A stretch of DNA of 64,000 nucleotides, taken from the NCBI RefSeq assembly GCF_046119375.1, contig NW_027362767.1, positions 323,206,001 to 323,270,000 on the forward strand, in the 5' to 3' direction. Below the pieces are notes generated by a model that was not told the origin of the DNA, did not search any database, and saw only the letters and a program-made list of their open reading frames with translations. This DNA comes from Phyllobates terribilis (Eukaryota). The position numbers were made by a program, and so were the translations under genes. Positions 28,355-47,300 of the stretch are shown here, one piece after another (position 1 is the first letter of the stretch; every line of letters begins with the position of its first letter).

Positions 28355-29984
28355 CAGTACAGACCAAAAGTTTGGACACACCTTCTCATTTAAAGATTTT
28401 TCTGTATTTTCATGACTATGAAAATTGTACATTCACACTGAAGGCATCAAAACTATGAATTAACACATGTGGAATTATATACTTAACAAAAAAGTGTGAA
28501 ACAACTGAAAATATGTCTTATATTCTAGGTTCTTCAAAGTAGCCACCTTTTGCTTTGATGACTGCTTTGCACACTCTTGGCATTCTCTTGATGAGCTTCA
28601 AGAGGTAGTCACCGGAAATGGTCTTCCAACAATCTTGAAGGAGTTCCCAGAGATGCTTAGCACTTGTTGGCCCTTTTGCCTTCACTCTTCGGTCCAGCTC
28701 ACCCCAAACCATCTTGATTGGGTTCAGATCTGGTGACTGTGGAGGCCAGGTCATCTGGCGTAGTACCCCATCACTCTCCCTCTTGGTCAAATAGCCCTTA
28801 CACAGCCTGGAGGTGTGTTTGGGGTCATTGTCCTGTTGAAAAATAAATGATGGTCCAACTAAACGCAAACCGGATGGAATAGCCTGCCCCTGCAAGATGC
28901 TGTGGTAGCTATGCTGGTTCAGTATGCCTTCAATTTTGAATAAATCCCCAACAGTGTCACCAGCAAAGCACCCCCACACCATCACACCTTCTCCTCCATG
29001 CTTCACGGTGGGAACCAGGCATGTAGAGTCCATCCGTTCACCTTTTCTGCGTCGCACAAAGACACGGTGTTTGGAACCAAAGATCTCAAATTTGGACTCA
29101 TCAGACCAAAGCACAGATTTCCACTGGTCTAATGTCCATTCCTTGTGTTCTTTAGCCCAAACAAGTTTCTTCTGCTTGTTGCCTGTCCTTAGCAGTGGTT
29201 TCCTAGCAGCTATTTTACCATGAAGGCCTGCTGCACAAAGTCTCCTCTTAACAGTTGTTGTAGAGATGTTTCTGCTGTTAGAACTCTGTGTGGCATTGAC
29301 CTGGTCTCTAATCTGAGCTGCCGTTAACCTGCGATTTCTGAGGCTGGTGACTCGGATAAACTTATCCTCAGAAGCAGAGGTGACTCTTGGTCTTCCTTTC
29401 CTGGGGCGGTCCTCATGTGAGCCAGTTTCTTTGTAGCGCTTGATGGTTTTTGCAACTGCACTTGGGGACACTTTCAAAGTTTGCCCAATTTTTCGGACTG
29501 ACTGACCTTCATTTCTTAAAGTAATGATGGCCACTCGTTTTTCTTTACTTAGCTGCTTTTTTCTTGCATTAATACAAATTCTAACAGTCTATTCAGTAGG
29601 ACTATCAGCTGTGTATCCACCAGACTTCTGCACAACACAACTGATGGCCCCAACCCCATTTATAAGGCAAGAAATCCCACTTATTAAACCTGACAGGGCA
29701 CACCTGTGAAGTGAAAACCATTTCCGGTGAATACCTCTTGAAGCTCATCAAGAGAATGCCAAGAGTGTGCAAAGCAGTCATCAAAGCAAAAGGTGGCTAC
29801 TTTGAAGAACCTAGAATATAAGACATATTTTCAGCTGTTTCACACTTTTTTGTTAAGTATATAATTCCACATGTGTTAATTCATAGTTTTGATGCCTTCA
29901 GTGTGAATGTACAATTTTCAAAGTCATGAAAATACAGAAAAATCTTTAAATGAGAAGATGTGTCCAAACCTTTGGTCTGTACTG
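28355..29984 (-). mobile_element. Full-length Tc1/mariner element with DD38E spacing (Intruder/IT-like), 1630 bp
   Basis: TA flanks at 28353-54 and 29985-86. About 270-bp TIRs starting CAGTACAGACCAAA(A/G)GTTTGGACACA. Transposase ORF at 28518-29534. Confidence 0.92.
28518..29570 (-). pseudogene. Tc1 transposase, uninterrupted frame but apparently disabled
   Basis: WSDESKF, TVKHGG and QQDNDPKHT motifs present. 38 residues separate the second D from the third catalytic position, which reads K (SPDLNPIK, codon AAG at 28715-13). The in-frame position where ATG is expected (29570-68) reads AAT. Confidence 0.8.
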
Positions 29985-30152
29985 TATATGTATATACAGT
30001 ATATTACAAAAATATTTTATTACCAAATATATTACTAGGTTGTTTGCATGGGCATAACTATAATGGGTTCAGGGGCTGCAGTCGCACTCGGGCCCTTGAC
30101 CCTAAGGGGGCCCAAAAGGTCTCTTTAGCCAATATGGAAAGGCCAATATGAT

Positions 30153-30600
30153 TAGGCTATGTTCCCACCATGAGCTTTTGGTGAACAGCCCAATTGTATT
30201 ACATTAGTCAGTGTGTCTGTGACTTTATGGCTTCGTCACCCTGATGAGTATTTGGTGAGTTTTTGATGTTGCAGATTTTCTGCACCTATTATGTAAATTA
30301 GGTAACTAGGTATTTTTTATATGCATTTTTAGCACTGTGTTTTTTTGTCTCTTGTTAGTGTGTCATGTTATAAATAAAGCTGCTTTGGTTTTGATGCTTC
30401 CCAGTATTTGGCTTTGACAAAACTTTATTGATATAGTCACATTCGGATTACATGCATTTTTAATGCATTTCTGTTGCGTAAATACATTAAAGACACATTT
30501 GCGTTTTTTACCAGCTGATTTTTCTCATCTGATGCAAGTTTATAGGAAAAATGCGCACAGAAAACTCAATGTACCCATAAGAGAAATTGATATGCTGGGC
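30153..30600. mobile_element. Degenerate MITE, same family as 18365-18715
   Basis: Begins TAGGCTATGTTCCCAC and shares internal blocks with the 18.4 kb copy. Boundaries approximate. Confidence 0.5.
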
Positions 30601-31274
30601 CGGAGATTCCTATAAATATAAGAACCCGTGATAGTCGGGAATCCTATTGAAGATTTTGCATTTGGACCCACAAGCTTCACCTTACACCTCCGGTCACTTG
30701 TGTAATGTAATCTGTACATTGATGCCATAAAAAAACACATTCCTTTAACCTTTCCTAAATCCAAGCAAATTAGCACTGATTGTCCTCCTATCGGAGCAGG
30801 GAAGCTTCTAGATTTTTTTCCATATGCAATTTCTGCAGAATATTCCTGTTTTTGTCAAATTCCCTTTGTGGCAAACTGTGACTGATTCACAACACAAGCT
30901 TCTTATAGTATGATGAGCTTGTGACAGGAAAGATGAGAGTGTCCATGATCAATTATCATTGCTTCAGAGCATCACAGGATATGTCCTACGTTAGTCAAAG
31001 TCAGAACTGAAATGTGAAAAGTTGCTATTTTGAAATTAAAAAAAAAAACAATCTGCACTAACCTCAAAATGATGGCTCTGCCCTGGTCAGTAGACCACAA
31101 ACCCTGATGAAGGGCCAGTGACTCTTCACTCATCTTCATCACAACTGTAGGAGAGGGGGCTGCCAGACACTACAGACGGGTTTCCCATCCCTTATCTGCT
31201 GACATGTAGGGCTTGTGAAAAGCGCGAGTCTGTATGGTTACTGACACTTTTGGAATAGGGTAGAAGCTATAACC

Positions 31275-32633
31275 CATACATGTCAATCTCCAGCCCAGGG
31301 GCCAAATCTGGCCCGCAGGGTGGTATTTTTGGCTCACGACACCAGAACCACCACCCCTATGTGGGGCCTATTATTCTGTATGGGGGACTATGTGGGGCCC
31401 ATTATTCTGTATGGGGGACTATGTGGGGCCCATTATTCTGTATGGAGGACTATATGGGGCCCATTATACTGTATAGAGGACTATGTGTGGCCTATTATAC
31501 TGTATGGAGGATTATGTAGGGCCCATTATACTGTAAAGAGAACTATGTGGGGCCCATTATACTGTATGGAGGACTATGTGGGCCATTATTCTGTATGGAG
31601 GACTATGTGGGGCCCATTATACTGTATGGAGAACTATTTGAGGCCATTATACTGTATGGAGGACTATGTGGGCCATTATACTGTATGGAGGACTATGTGG
31701 GGCCATTATTCTGTATGGAGGACTATGTGGGGCCCATTATTCTGTACGGAGGACTATGTGGGGCCCATTATACTGTATGGAGAACTATTTGGGGCCATTA
31801 TACTGTATGGAGGACTATGTGGGGCCCATTATACTGTATGGAGAACTATTTGGGGCCATTATACTGTATGGAGGACTATGTGGGCCATTATTCTGTATGG
31901 AGCACTATGTGGGGCCATTATACTGTATGGAGGACTATGTGGGGCCATTATACTGTATGTAAGACTATGTGGGGCCATTATACTGTATGGATGACTATGT
32001 GGGGCCCATTATTCTGAATGGAGAAGTGTGTGGGGCCATTATACTGTGTGGAGAACTATGTGGGGCCATTATACTGTATGGAGGACTATGTGGGGTCATT
32101 ATACTGTATGGAGGGCTATGTGCGGCCATTATTCTGTAAGGTGAACTATGTGGGACATTATACTGTATGGAGGACTATGTGGGGCCATTATACTGTATGG
32201 AGGACTATGTGGGGCCATTATACTGTATGGAGGACTATGTGGGGCCATTATACTATATGGAGGACTATGTGATGCCATTATACTGTATGGAGGACTATGT
32301 GGGGCCCATTATTCTATATGGAGGACTATGTTAGGCCCATAATACTGTATGGAGGACTATGTGGGCCCATTTTTCTGTATGGAGGATTATGTGGGGCCAT
32401 TATTCTGTATGGAGGACTATGTGGGGCCCATTATTCTGCTTGGAGGACTATGTGGGGCCCATTATTCTGCATGGAGGACTATGTGGGGCCCATTATTCTG
32501 TATGGAGAAATATGTGGGGCCATTATTTTATATAGAGGACTGTGTGGGGCCCATTATTTTGTATACTGGTTGGCCCGCAACTTTGTCCAAGTTTTTTTAT
32601 TTTGGCCCTCTGTGTTTGAGTTTGACATCCCTG
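31275..32633. mobile_element. Non-autonomous hAT element filled by a 32-34-bp minisatellite
   Basis: 8-bp TSD CTATAACC at 31267-74 and 32634-41. Right end AGTTTGACATCCCTG, degenerate left end CATACATGTCAA. Confidence 0.8.
31355..32555. repeat. 32-34-bp minisatellite TATGTGGGG(C)CCATTAT(A/T)CTGTATGGAGGAC
   Basis: About 35 visible tandem units. The overlapping ORFs here are translations of the repeat. Confidence 0.93.
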
Positions 32634-33813
32634 CTATAACCCATGAAAGAATTTATGATCAGATTACGTTGAAATGTGCGGTCTATAATAGGCCTGTGGA
32701 AGTTTTGACACCAATGCTTTAGTGTGTGTTCCTAACTATGTTGATAGCAGAGTTCTTTACAATATTATAACACTAACTAACACTAACGTTATAACACAGA
32801 AGAGATGTCTAAGTCATTCTGGTTTCAGCATTAAAAGACCTCCACTTGCTAGACATGCTGTAGCATACTCTAACATAAGAATATGGGAATATCCCTTTAA
32901 AGGGTTCATAAAATGTTAGAAAGATATCACCTATCAACATAATGGTTGATATATTCCTGATCTCTATGGGTCTAACTGATGGTCCCTCACTGATCCCAAG
33001 TATGGGGTCTGCAGATGTCCAGCATTTGTGTCACTGCTCCTTCCATTGTGTATGATACTGACGGAGACAACTGATTACAGCAGCCTCTGCTCTGACTGAC
33101 AGCAGCTCAGCAATAGATCCGGCTGTCAGTCAGTGGCGGGTGCGGGTACAGCTGCTATTCACTATGCACTGAGCGGTGACTGAAGCTGCGCCGGCCGCAC
33201 TCTTATGAGTAAAAGCCCGAGGCTGCCAGGAGGAATAAAGTTCATTTTAAAAAAAAAGTTTTTTTTTTTTTTTTTTGCCAAAAACACATGTAAGTAAAAA
33301 GAAAAAAAATTGTTAATTGAGCATTGTAAGATGGAGCAACGTAAACCCTATGCGGAAAATGATATAACATCTTCAAATATATGATGTAACCATTCCTACA
33401 TTATACGTAGATGAACTTATATAAAATAAATTCTACAATAAGGAATTTCATGTTTTTCTAGAAACTGTTTATGAGGAAGTCCATCTGCCAGCGTCCGTGG
33501 GAACACATATATACAGTATATACATATGTGGGCCTTCCCTTACAACATATTTCTTCTGCTCATGACTATCTGGATTTGCTGACACAGGACAGATTTATAC
33601 ATTATGAGCAAGCCTGGCCGACAGATCAGGAGATCATTGATTTCACAGGATAAACTGAGCTCAAACACAGACGACAACTGTTTAATAACTGCAGAAAATT
33701 GGGAAATTGTGACTATTACATCCAAACCTGTGAGAGGCTCAGAGAGGTTATTAGGAAGTTTTATTCCGAGTCTCCTGGAGTCTGTAGAAACACTTTACTC
33801 TCATCCCTCCGAG

Positions 33814-40181
<6,368 letters not shown>

Positions 40182-40243
40182 CGGCACATGTTGCTGTTAA
40201 TGTTTCATCACGCCAGGAAACACAAAGCTAACAGGATCATGCA

Positions 40244-40253
40244 AATAAATAAA
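40244..40253 (+). terminator. Polyadenylation signal(s) of the Reeler gene
   Basis: Overlapping AATAAATAAA about 63 nt after the stop codon. Confidence 0.55.
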
Positions 40254-41426
40254 GTGATGAAGACAAGGAGTTCTGGTATTTCTAGTTTTGGGAGGTAAAT
40301 TATGTATATACTGATTTTCTATAGTGAAAACTTCCATAAAACATATTCTGTACAACTCTCCAAAGAAGCCAGCTTTTGGATAAGTTGCTTTCTGCATCAT
40401 TGGGGGTCTCAACTGCAAGATGCCCCCAGTGCTACTAAGTGATGCGTCATAAAAAGCAATTAAAAAAATAACGAGTGTCCTGATCTGCCACCAATATCTG
40501 ATCGGGGGGAGGGCGGCCACCTGCATGGAGCCGTGTCAGACAGTATCACGGCATCTTTTCTGCACATATGATGCACCACAAATCAGACATTGGAGTGAGA
40601 TCTTCCTAGAGAACCTAGTCATTTGCTTAATATTTTAAAACTTTTTTAATCATTTGGTCACTTGTACTATATATTGCAGTATACAGTAAACTCACTCATC
40701 TCCTATGAAGCCCAGTCTGTGCATAATAAAAGCACCAAGATGGCAGCATTTGGGGCCCTCTGTAAGCCCACACGGCAACCCACTGTGGGCTGATGGGTGT
40801 GGGAATGATTGCACCGTGCAAGCACGCTATTTAAAAGCTGCTGACAGATATTTAAAATGGTTTCAAAGCAGCAATTGGAGTTAGCTCTGGTTGCTGCCGG
40901 CTGTATAACACATCTGGCACCTGCCCTGTATGGAGTGAGCTCTGCTCCTAAGCCCGGACCATGGAGCTGATCCCAACACAGGACATACTGGTACATCCTA
41001 TGTCAGGAAGGGTTAAAGCTAGTTTCACACTATCACAAGGGCACATTTTTAGACCCATATTATACAGTGGGGAAAAAAGTATTTAGTCAGCCACCAATTG
41101 AGCAAGTTCTCCCACTTAATAAGATGAGAGAGGCCTGTAATTGACATCATAGGTAGACCTCAACTATGAGAGACAAAATGAGAAAACAAATCCTGAAAAT
41201 CACATTGTCTGATTTGGAAAGAAATTTTTTTCACATTTTGGTGGAAAATAAGAATTTGGTCAATTACAAACATGCAAGATTTCTGGCTCTCACAGACCTG
41301 TAACTTCTTCTTTAAGAGGCTCATCTGTCCTCCACTCATTACCTGTAGTACTGGCACCTGTTTGAACTTGTTATCAGTATAAGAGACCTGTCCGCAACCT
41401 CAAACAGTCACACTCCAAACTCCACT

Positions 41427-42449
41427 ATGGTGAAGACCAAAGAGCTGTCGGAGGACACCAGAAACAAAATTGTAGCCCTGCACCAGGCTGGGAAGACTGA
41501 ATCTGCAATAGGCAAGCAGCTTGGTGTGAAGAAATCAACTGTGGGAGTAATAACTAGAAAATGGAAGACATACAAGACCACTGATAATCTCCCTCAATCT
41601 GGGACTCCACACAAGATCTCACCCCGTGGGGTCAAAATGATATCAAGAACGGTGAGCAAAAACCCCAGAATCACACGGGGGGACCTAGTGAATGACTTGC
41701 AGAGAGCAGGGACCAACGTTACACAGGCTACCATCAGTAACAGACTATGCCGCCAGGGACTCAGATCCTACAGTGCCAGACGTGTCCCCCTGCTTAAGCC
41801 ATTACATGTCCGGGCCCATCTGAAGTTTGCTAGAGAGCATTTGGCTGATCCAGAAGAGTATTGGGAGAATGTCATATGGTCAGATGAAATCAAAGTAGAA
41901 CTGTTTGGTAGAAACACAACTCGTCGTGTTTGGAGGAGAAAAAATGCCGAGTTGCATCCGAAGAACACCATACCTACTGTGAAGCATGGGGGTGGCAACA
42001 TCACGCTTTGGGGCTGTTTCTCTGCCAAGGGACCAGGACAACTGATCTGTGTACATGAAAGAATAAATGGGGCCATGTATCGTGAGATTTTGAATGCAAA
42101 CCTCCTTCCATCAGCAAGGGCATTGAGGATGAAACATGGCTGGGTCTTTCAGCATGACAATGATCCCAAGCACACCGCCAGGGCAACGAAGGAGTGGCTT
42201 CGTAAGAAGCATTTTAAGGTCCTGGAATGGCCTAACCAGTCTCCAGATCTAAACCCTATAGAAAACCTTTGGAGGAAGTTGGAAGTCCATATTGCCCAGC
42301 GACAGCCCCAAAACATCACTTCTTTAGAGGAGATCTACATGGAGGAATGGGCCAACATACCAGCAACAGTGTGTGCTAACCTTGTGAAGACTTACAGAAA
42401 ACGTTTGTCCTCGGTCATTGCCAACAAAGGATATATAACAAAGTATTGA
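41427..42449 (+). CDS. Tc1 transposase, intact 340-aa ORF with DD34E triad
   Basis: ATG-to-stop ORF. WSDEIK, TVKHGGG and [10 protein letters not shown]-(34)[11 protein letters not shown] motifs, and the C-terminus [11 protein letters not shown]. Confidence 0.85.
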   Translation: MVKTKELSEDTRNKIVALHQAGKTESAIGKQLGVKKSTVGVITRKWKTYKTTDNLPQSGTPHKISPRGVKMISRTVSKNPRITRGDLVNDLQRAGTNVTQATISNRLCRQGLRSYSARRVPLLKPLHVRAHLKFAREHLADPEEYWENVIWSDEIKVELFGRNTTRRVWRRKNAELHPKNTIPTVKHGGGNITLWGCFSAKGPGQLICVHERINGAMYREILNANLLPSARALRMKHGWVFQHDNDPKHTARATKEWLRKKHFKVLEWPNQSPDLNPIENLWRKLEVHIAQRQPQNITSLEEIYMEEWANIPATVCANLVKTYRKRLSSVIANKGYITKY

Positions 42450-42452
42450 GAT

Positions 42453-42753
42453 TAGTGTTGAGCGAGTATGTTCTATTAACCCTTTCGCCGAGTATGCTCG
42501 GGTCGAGCTCCGAGTATTTACAGCTGCTCGGTGATATGGTTGAATCACTCCCTTGTGTATGATTTGCGACTGTTTGACAGCTTTATTACATGGGAGGAAT
42601 GTCTATTTCTTACACATTCCTCACATGTAATAAAGCTGTCAAACAGTCGCAAATCATACACAAGGGAGCGATTCAACCATATCACCGAGCAGCTGTAAAT
42701 ACTCGGAGCTCGGCCCGAGCATACTCGGAACAGAACTTACTCGCTCAACCCTA
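42453..42753. mobile_element. hAT-type palindromic MITE inserted at the transposase stop codon
   Basis: 8-bp TSD ATTGAGAT at 42445-52 and 42754-61. Termini TAG(T/G)GTTGAGCGAGT. Interior forms a near-perfect hairpin with arms over 100 bp. Confidence 0.88.
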
Positions 42754-42870
42754 ATTGAGATGAACTTTTGTAATTGACCAAATACTTATTTATTTCAAAT
42801 TTTGGTGGAAAATGTCTTTCCAAATAAGACCATGTGATTTTCAGGATTTGTTTTCTCATTTTGTCTCTAA

Positions 42871-43726
42871 GGCTGTGTGCCCACGATGCGTTTTTTAAGC
42901 ATTTCCGCAGCTGCAGAAACACTTAAAAAACGCATGGTAGAAGGCCTGCCATGTTCCCCAATGATAATCCGCATGTGCTGTGCACATGCTGCGGAAATTT
43001 CCGCTGTGGATTATCATTGCGGAAAAAAACGAGCACTACCAATTATTTTGCGGAAGTGCTGCGTTTTCGCCGCCATTGACTTGCATTAGACCGCATGGAT
43101 TACGCATCACTGTATATGTAGATGCGCATTCCATGCGTTCTAATGTGCGGATGGTACCCGGGTCTAGAGGAGAGGAGACTCTCCTCCGGACCTGGGTACC
43201 ATAGAAAACTGTAAAAAAAAAAAAGAAAATAAAAGATAAATATATACTTACCTTCTGGTGGCCCCCGCTCTCCTTCTCTTCACTTGCCGGCAGTTCGCGA
43301 TGGACTGAAGGACCTGCGCCGATGTCAGAGTCATATGACGGGTCACGTGACGCTGACGTCGGCAGGTCCTTCAGTGTAACGCGATCTGCCAGCAGCTGGG
43401 ACGGTGAAGCAAGACACCGGGGGCCGTCAGAAGGTAAGTATAGATTTACTTTTTTATATTCTCTCGGGTCACACTATATAAATCCATGCCGTTTGCATGG
43501 ATTTATACAGTGTGACCAAGTTGACAAGCACTTTCCAAGTGATGCTAAAATCGCTTGGAAAGCGCTTGTCAACCCGCATGCAGAAATGCAAGTGAAGAAC
43601 GCTTCACATCCGCATGTCCCTGGCAGGAAAAACGCATGTACAATCCGCATGCGTTTTTTCTGCCAGGGAGATGCAGAAACGCTCAGGAAAAAATCCGGAG
43701 CATTTCTGCATCGTGGGCACATAGCC
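42871..43726. mobile_element. Harbinger-like MITE (about 860 bp) inserted inside the Tc1 right TIR
   Basis: TAA/TTA 3-bp flanks. Termini GGCT(G/A)TGTGCCCACGATGC. Related copy at 61606-62529. Confidence 0.8.
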
Positions 43727-44299
43727 TTATGGTTGAGGTCTACCTATGATGTCAATTACAGGCCTCTCTCATCTTTTTAAGTGGGAGAACTTGCACAATT
43801 GGTGGCTGACTAAATACTTTTTTCCCCACTGTAGCTGCAGATAGGCACCGCCTTGTAGTTGTCTGGATGCTATAGAGGAGGAGGACAGGTCACTGACAAT
43901 GTTCCCCTCTCTCTCTGCTGTCACTTGCAGTTTTTCCACACAGGCATGGCACCGGGCTGGGATCGGTGACTTGTATCCTCACATCTAAGGATGCTAAATG
44001 GAGGTCACAAAAAGTTCAACCTTGATTGATTTTTGGACAGTCAAATCTCAGCTTGAAGAAAAAAAAAAAAGTAAAAGCAGCATGTTTCATACAGGTCACA
44101 GAAGTCATTTCAGTAGCACAACTGAGAATCTCTGACCTGCGAGCAGACCACCATGTAGCCCCCCCAGCCTTATAAGCAAATCATCGAGGACAGCCCAGAG
44201 GAATGGGTGACGGAAACATTTTATTATTACATGGAATAAATACAGGTCCATGAGAAATCTGCAGGAAACGTGGAAGTGGTTTATTGTATATATACACAT

Positions 44300-44305
44300 T
44301 TTATT
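44300..44305 (-). terminator. Polyadenylation signal of NDUFA1
   Basis: AATAAA on the minus strand about 40 nt after the stop codon. Confidence 0.6.
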
Positions 44306-44343
44306 GAAAGCAGATACAAGATATCCAGTGTTAACAAGTCATC

Positions 44344-47300
44344 TTAGTCAATATTCTCCAGGCCCTAAAGAATAAAAATGGAAAGACAAAGTGTTAAACA
44401 CAATCCCGTTTCAACAGATTTGTAAAGTTTATTATATATTTATAGCTCTCTCTAAGATAGATGATAATAAATAGCACAATTATAGGCGCTCTCCTACTAT
44501 GATGCCATTTTATTGTTTCATCGGCTTTTCCAGATCGCCTATCATCATAGTTACAACATTCTGATCCAGTCCCCGGACACTATCACAGTTGTCCCATTAG
44601 CATAACACAAGGACAAAAACTATTATAATTAGCTGTCCCTCCAAGTCCCTGTGCATTAGAGCAGGGTTCCCCAACTCCAGTCCTCAAGGCCCACCAACAG
44701 GTCATGTTTTCAGGATTTCCTTAGTATTGCACAGGTGATGTAACTATTGCCTGTGCTGATGATGGAATTATCACCTGTGCAATACTAAGGAAATCCTGAA
44801 AACATGACCTGTTGGTGGGCCTTGAGGACTGGAGTTGGGGAACCCTGCATTAGAGGATATAGACATTATATATATTTTTTTTTAACACTTACATATGCAT
44901 TTTTGCTTCTAAAAAATTTTTTATGCAATTAGATTTCAAACACCACATCTCACAGTTTGCCTTTTATAGCCTCGGTGCTGCAAAGTTTATTACTGCTGGC
45001 TGCAGAATGATTTAACTGAGAATCCATCAGTGAACTCATTCTGATGAGATGAGATATTCCAATTAAAGTGTTCTTAAAACCGGGTTACAACATTACAATT
45101 ACTTACTTTTGATTTATAATACAGCTGCTCCCCAGAAACCCTCTTGTCTCTTTGTAAAAGATACCACTGGTAGGGTAACCGGGCAACCCTCTTGTCCTAT
45201 GGAAGGCAACAAGTGCGACACATTCAATAAGTGATACAAGAGAAATGACTTACATGTAGCTTTAATAGAGGAGACATTCTAACACCTGCAGTATAGAAAT
45301 TATAACAACATGTTCTCCAACTTACTCCGTGCCTGGAATAGAACACTTTAAAATGTAAAGCTATGGCTCCATCCACACTGGAGAATATACCAAACCTGCA
45401 TGAATGAGATTTTTCCTCACCAGCGCACACACTAGTTTTTAATTGCTTGCCAAGTACAAATTTTAAGGGGTTGTACAGGCAAAAAGTGCTTGTTACCCAA
45501 GGTTTGGATTCTATGAAAACAACAAGTCATAATCTCCTGCTGTCTCCCTACTGGATCCAGCGCAAGCGGCTCTGTGGTCTGCACAGAATTGCTGCGACTA
45601 GTAATAGTCTGCAATAGTCAGATGACTTGGAACTGCGAGTCAGCAGAAAAACATCCAATGACTTCTAGTTCAGGTTTACCTGACGGCTGCAACCTATTAC
45701 AAGCAGAAGTCAAGTGGCTAGTTGAATAGTGATGAGATCGAAATCTGGTGAAGATCATATAGCGGACGGCGCTGGATCCAGGAGGGCAACAGCAAGTATG
45801 ATTAATATTCTTATTGTTAGAGACTCAAACCCCAGAGGTAGCAAAGCACCTCTAGCCCAAACAATTCCTTTTAGCAACCTTCTAAACAGTCTTCATTACA
45901 AATGCTTAGCTGAGAGACCTGCAAAAATGTTCTGCTGCTGGTTGTGACATCGCTCTCTCCTGCTTTTATATTTTTATTGAATGAAGAAAAAAAACAAAAA
46001 ACGAGAAACAATGGCTTTCCAAGTTTCTTCGAGCATTAGTCAGAGAAAAGCGGACATCACACAGAAGCAACTCGGATAGGTCCGTGTGCGGTCTTTTTTG
46101 TGAACTGATTCTCTGAATGGTAAAGTTTGATCCAGAAATCAGATCAAAATAAGAAAAAAGTCTGTAAGAAGGCTCAGACTATAAGTACTGTAATATGTGA
46201 ACAAAAATGGATAGAACTTTATGCATGGATGTGTGAATGGGGCCTAAGAGACAGCGGCAGGGAGGGGAGAGGGTAGTTCACAGATCAGCCTGCAGGGGCA
46301 GAAATCATCTTGTGACCAGATGTCCGGGCAGGGGGAGGTGAGTGATGTGTCTGTAGCTACTAGGATGTCAGCATGTGTCCTATTCTAACCATCCCTTTAA
46401 AGATTCTACCAAATGCTCTGAGGCGGTTTACACAGTTTTTTTTTTTTTTTTTTGGAAAGCTCTTTGTATTCATTCCTTTGAGAAATAAGGAGTTCTCTTA
46501 CATTTTTTTTTCCTTAAGAGTTCTCAAAAACACCTGATAGAAGAAAAAAAGAAAACTTGTCACTTCTTTGATGCAGGTCATAGGAGAATCCGCATCACAC
46601 TAGGCTCAGTCCAATCAAGAGGTTGAAAAAAAAAAAAAAAAAAATTTCTGAAGAGGTTTCATCTTGAAAAACTTGGGAGTTTTTGAACACTTAAAAAAAA
46701 AATGCATGTGAACATAGCCTAATAGCAAAAAGAATTAGGCAGCAGGTGCCGACCACAGGATAACGAAATAAAAAGGAACCGGTATAAAATATCTCCCCTA
46801 CACAGTTCGAATAGTGTTATACCTAGTATGAATAGCCATGTATAAATATCATCACTTAAAACGGCCTAAAGGAGTTGCCCAGGCTTGGGGTACAAGACTG
46901 CAGAGCCGGTGTTGGGCAGTCATGTGACCGCAAGTATGTGATTTGCATACTTCCGGCCACTTTCCAACTTGACTGTATCCCGCCTCGCTCAATTCACTTG
47001 TATTGAGGGAGGCCACAATCGTCTAGTCGGCATGTGACCGCATGCATGAGTGCAAATAATATACTTTCAGTCACACGTCCAACTGCCCCCAGCAACACTG
47101 TGAACACCGTGAGGCTACACAAGTCTTCAGTCAGAGAAACTGTAGACTTGTTCCCCAAACCTGGACAACCCCTTTAAAAAGAACATGTCACCGGATTTTT
47201 CTAATATAAACTAAAGTCACCACCTTTCAAGAGGACCTTTTACAAAACTTGCCACACGACTGCAGAGCGGAATAAAACATCACTTCCGGTTAGCAGGCGC

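Larger units (their letters stand above)
41065..43831 (+). mobile_element. Tc1 (DD34E, resembling zebrafish ZB) element carrying two nested MITEs
   Basis: TA flanks at 41063-64 and 43832-33. TIR CAGTGGGGAAAAAAGTATTTAGTCAGCC, about 200 bp. The right TIR can be reconstituted from 42762-42867 + 43730-43831. Confidence 0.92.

Noticed and set aside
31100-31135. CCCTGATGAAGGGCC hammerhead-like start
   Set aside because: No downstream stem II closure or GAAA.
31280-32722. ORFs up to 224 aa (GPIILYGGLC... repeats)
   Set aside because: Translations of the minisatellite inside a hAT element.
33604-33813. 70-aa N-terminal extension of the Reeler ORF in the ORF track
   Set aside because: The ATG at 33814 directly precedes a signal peptide. 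The upstream open stretch has no recognisable features and is probably UTR, intron or promoter.
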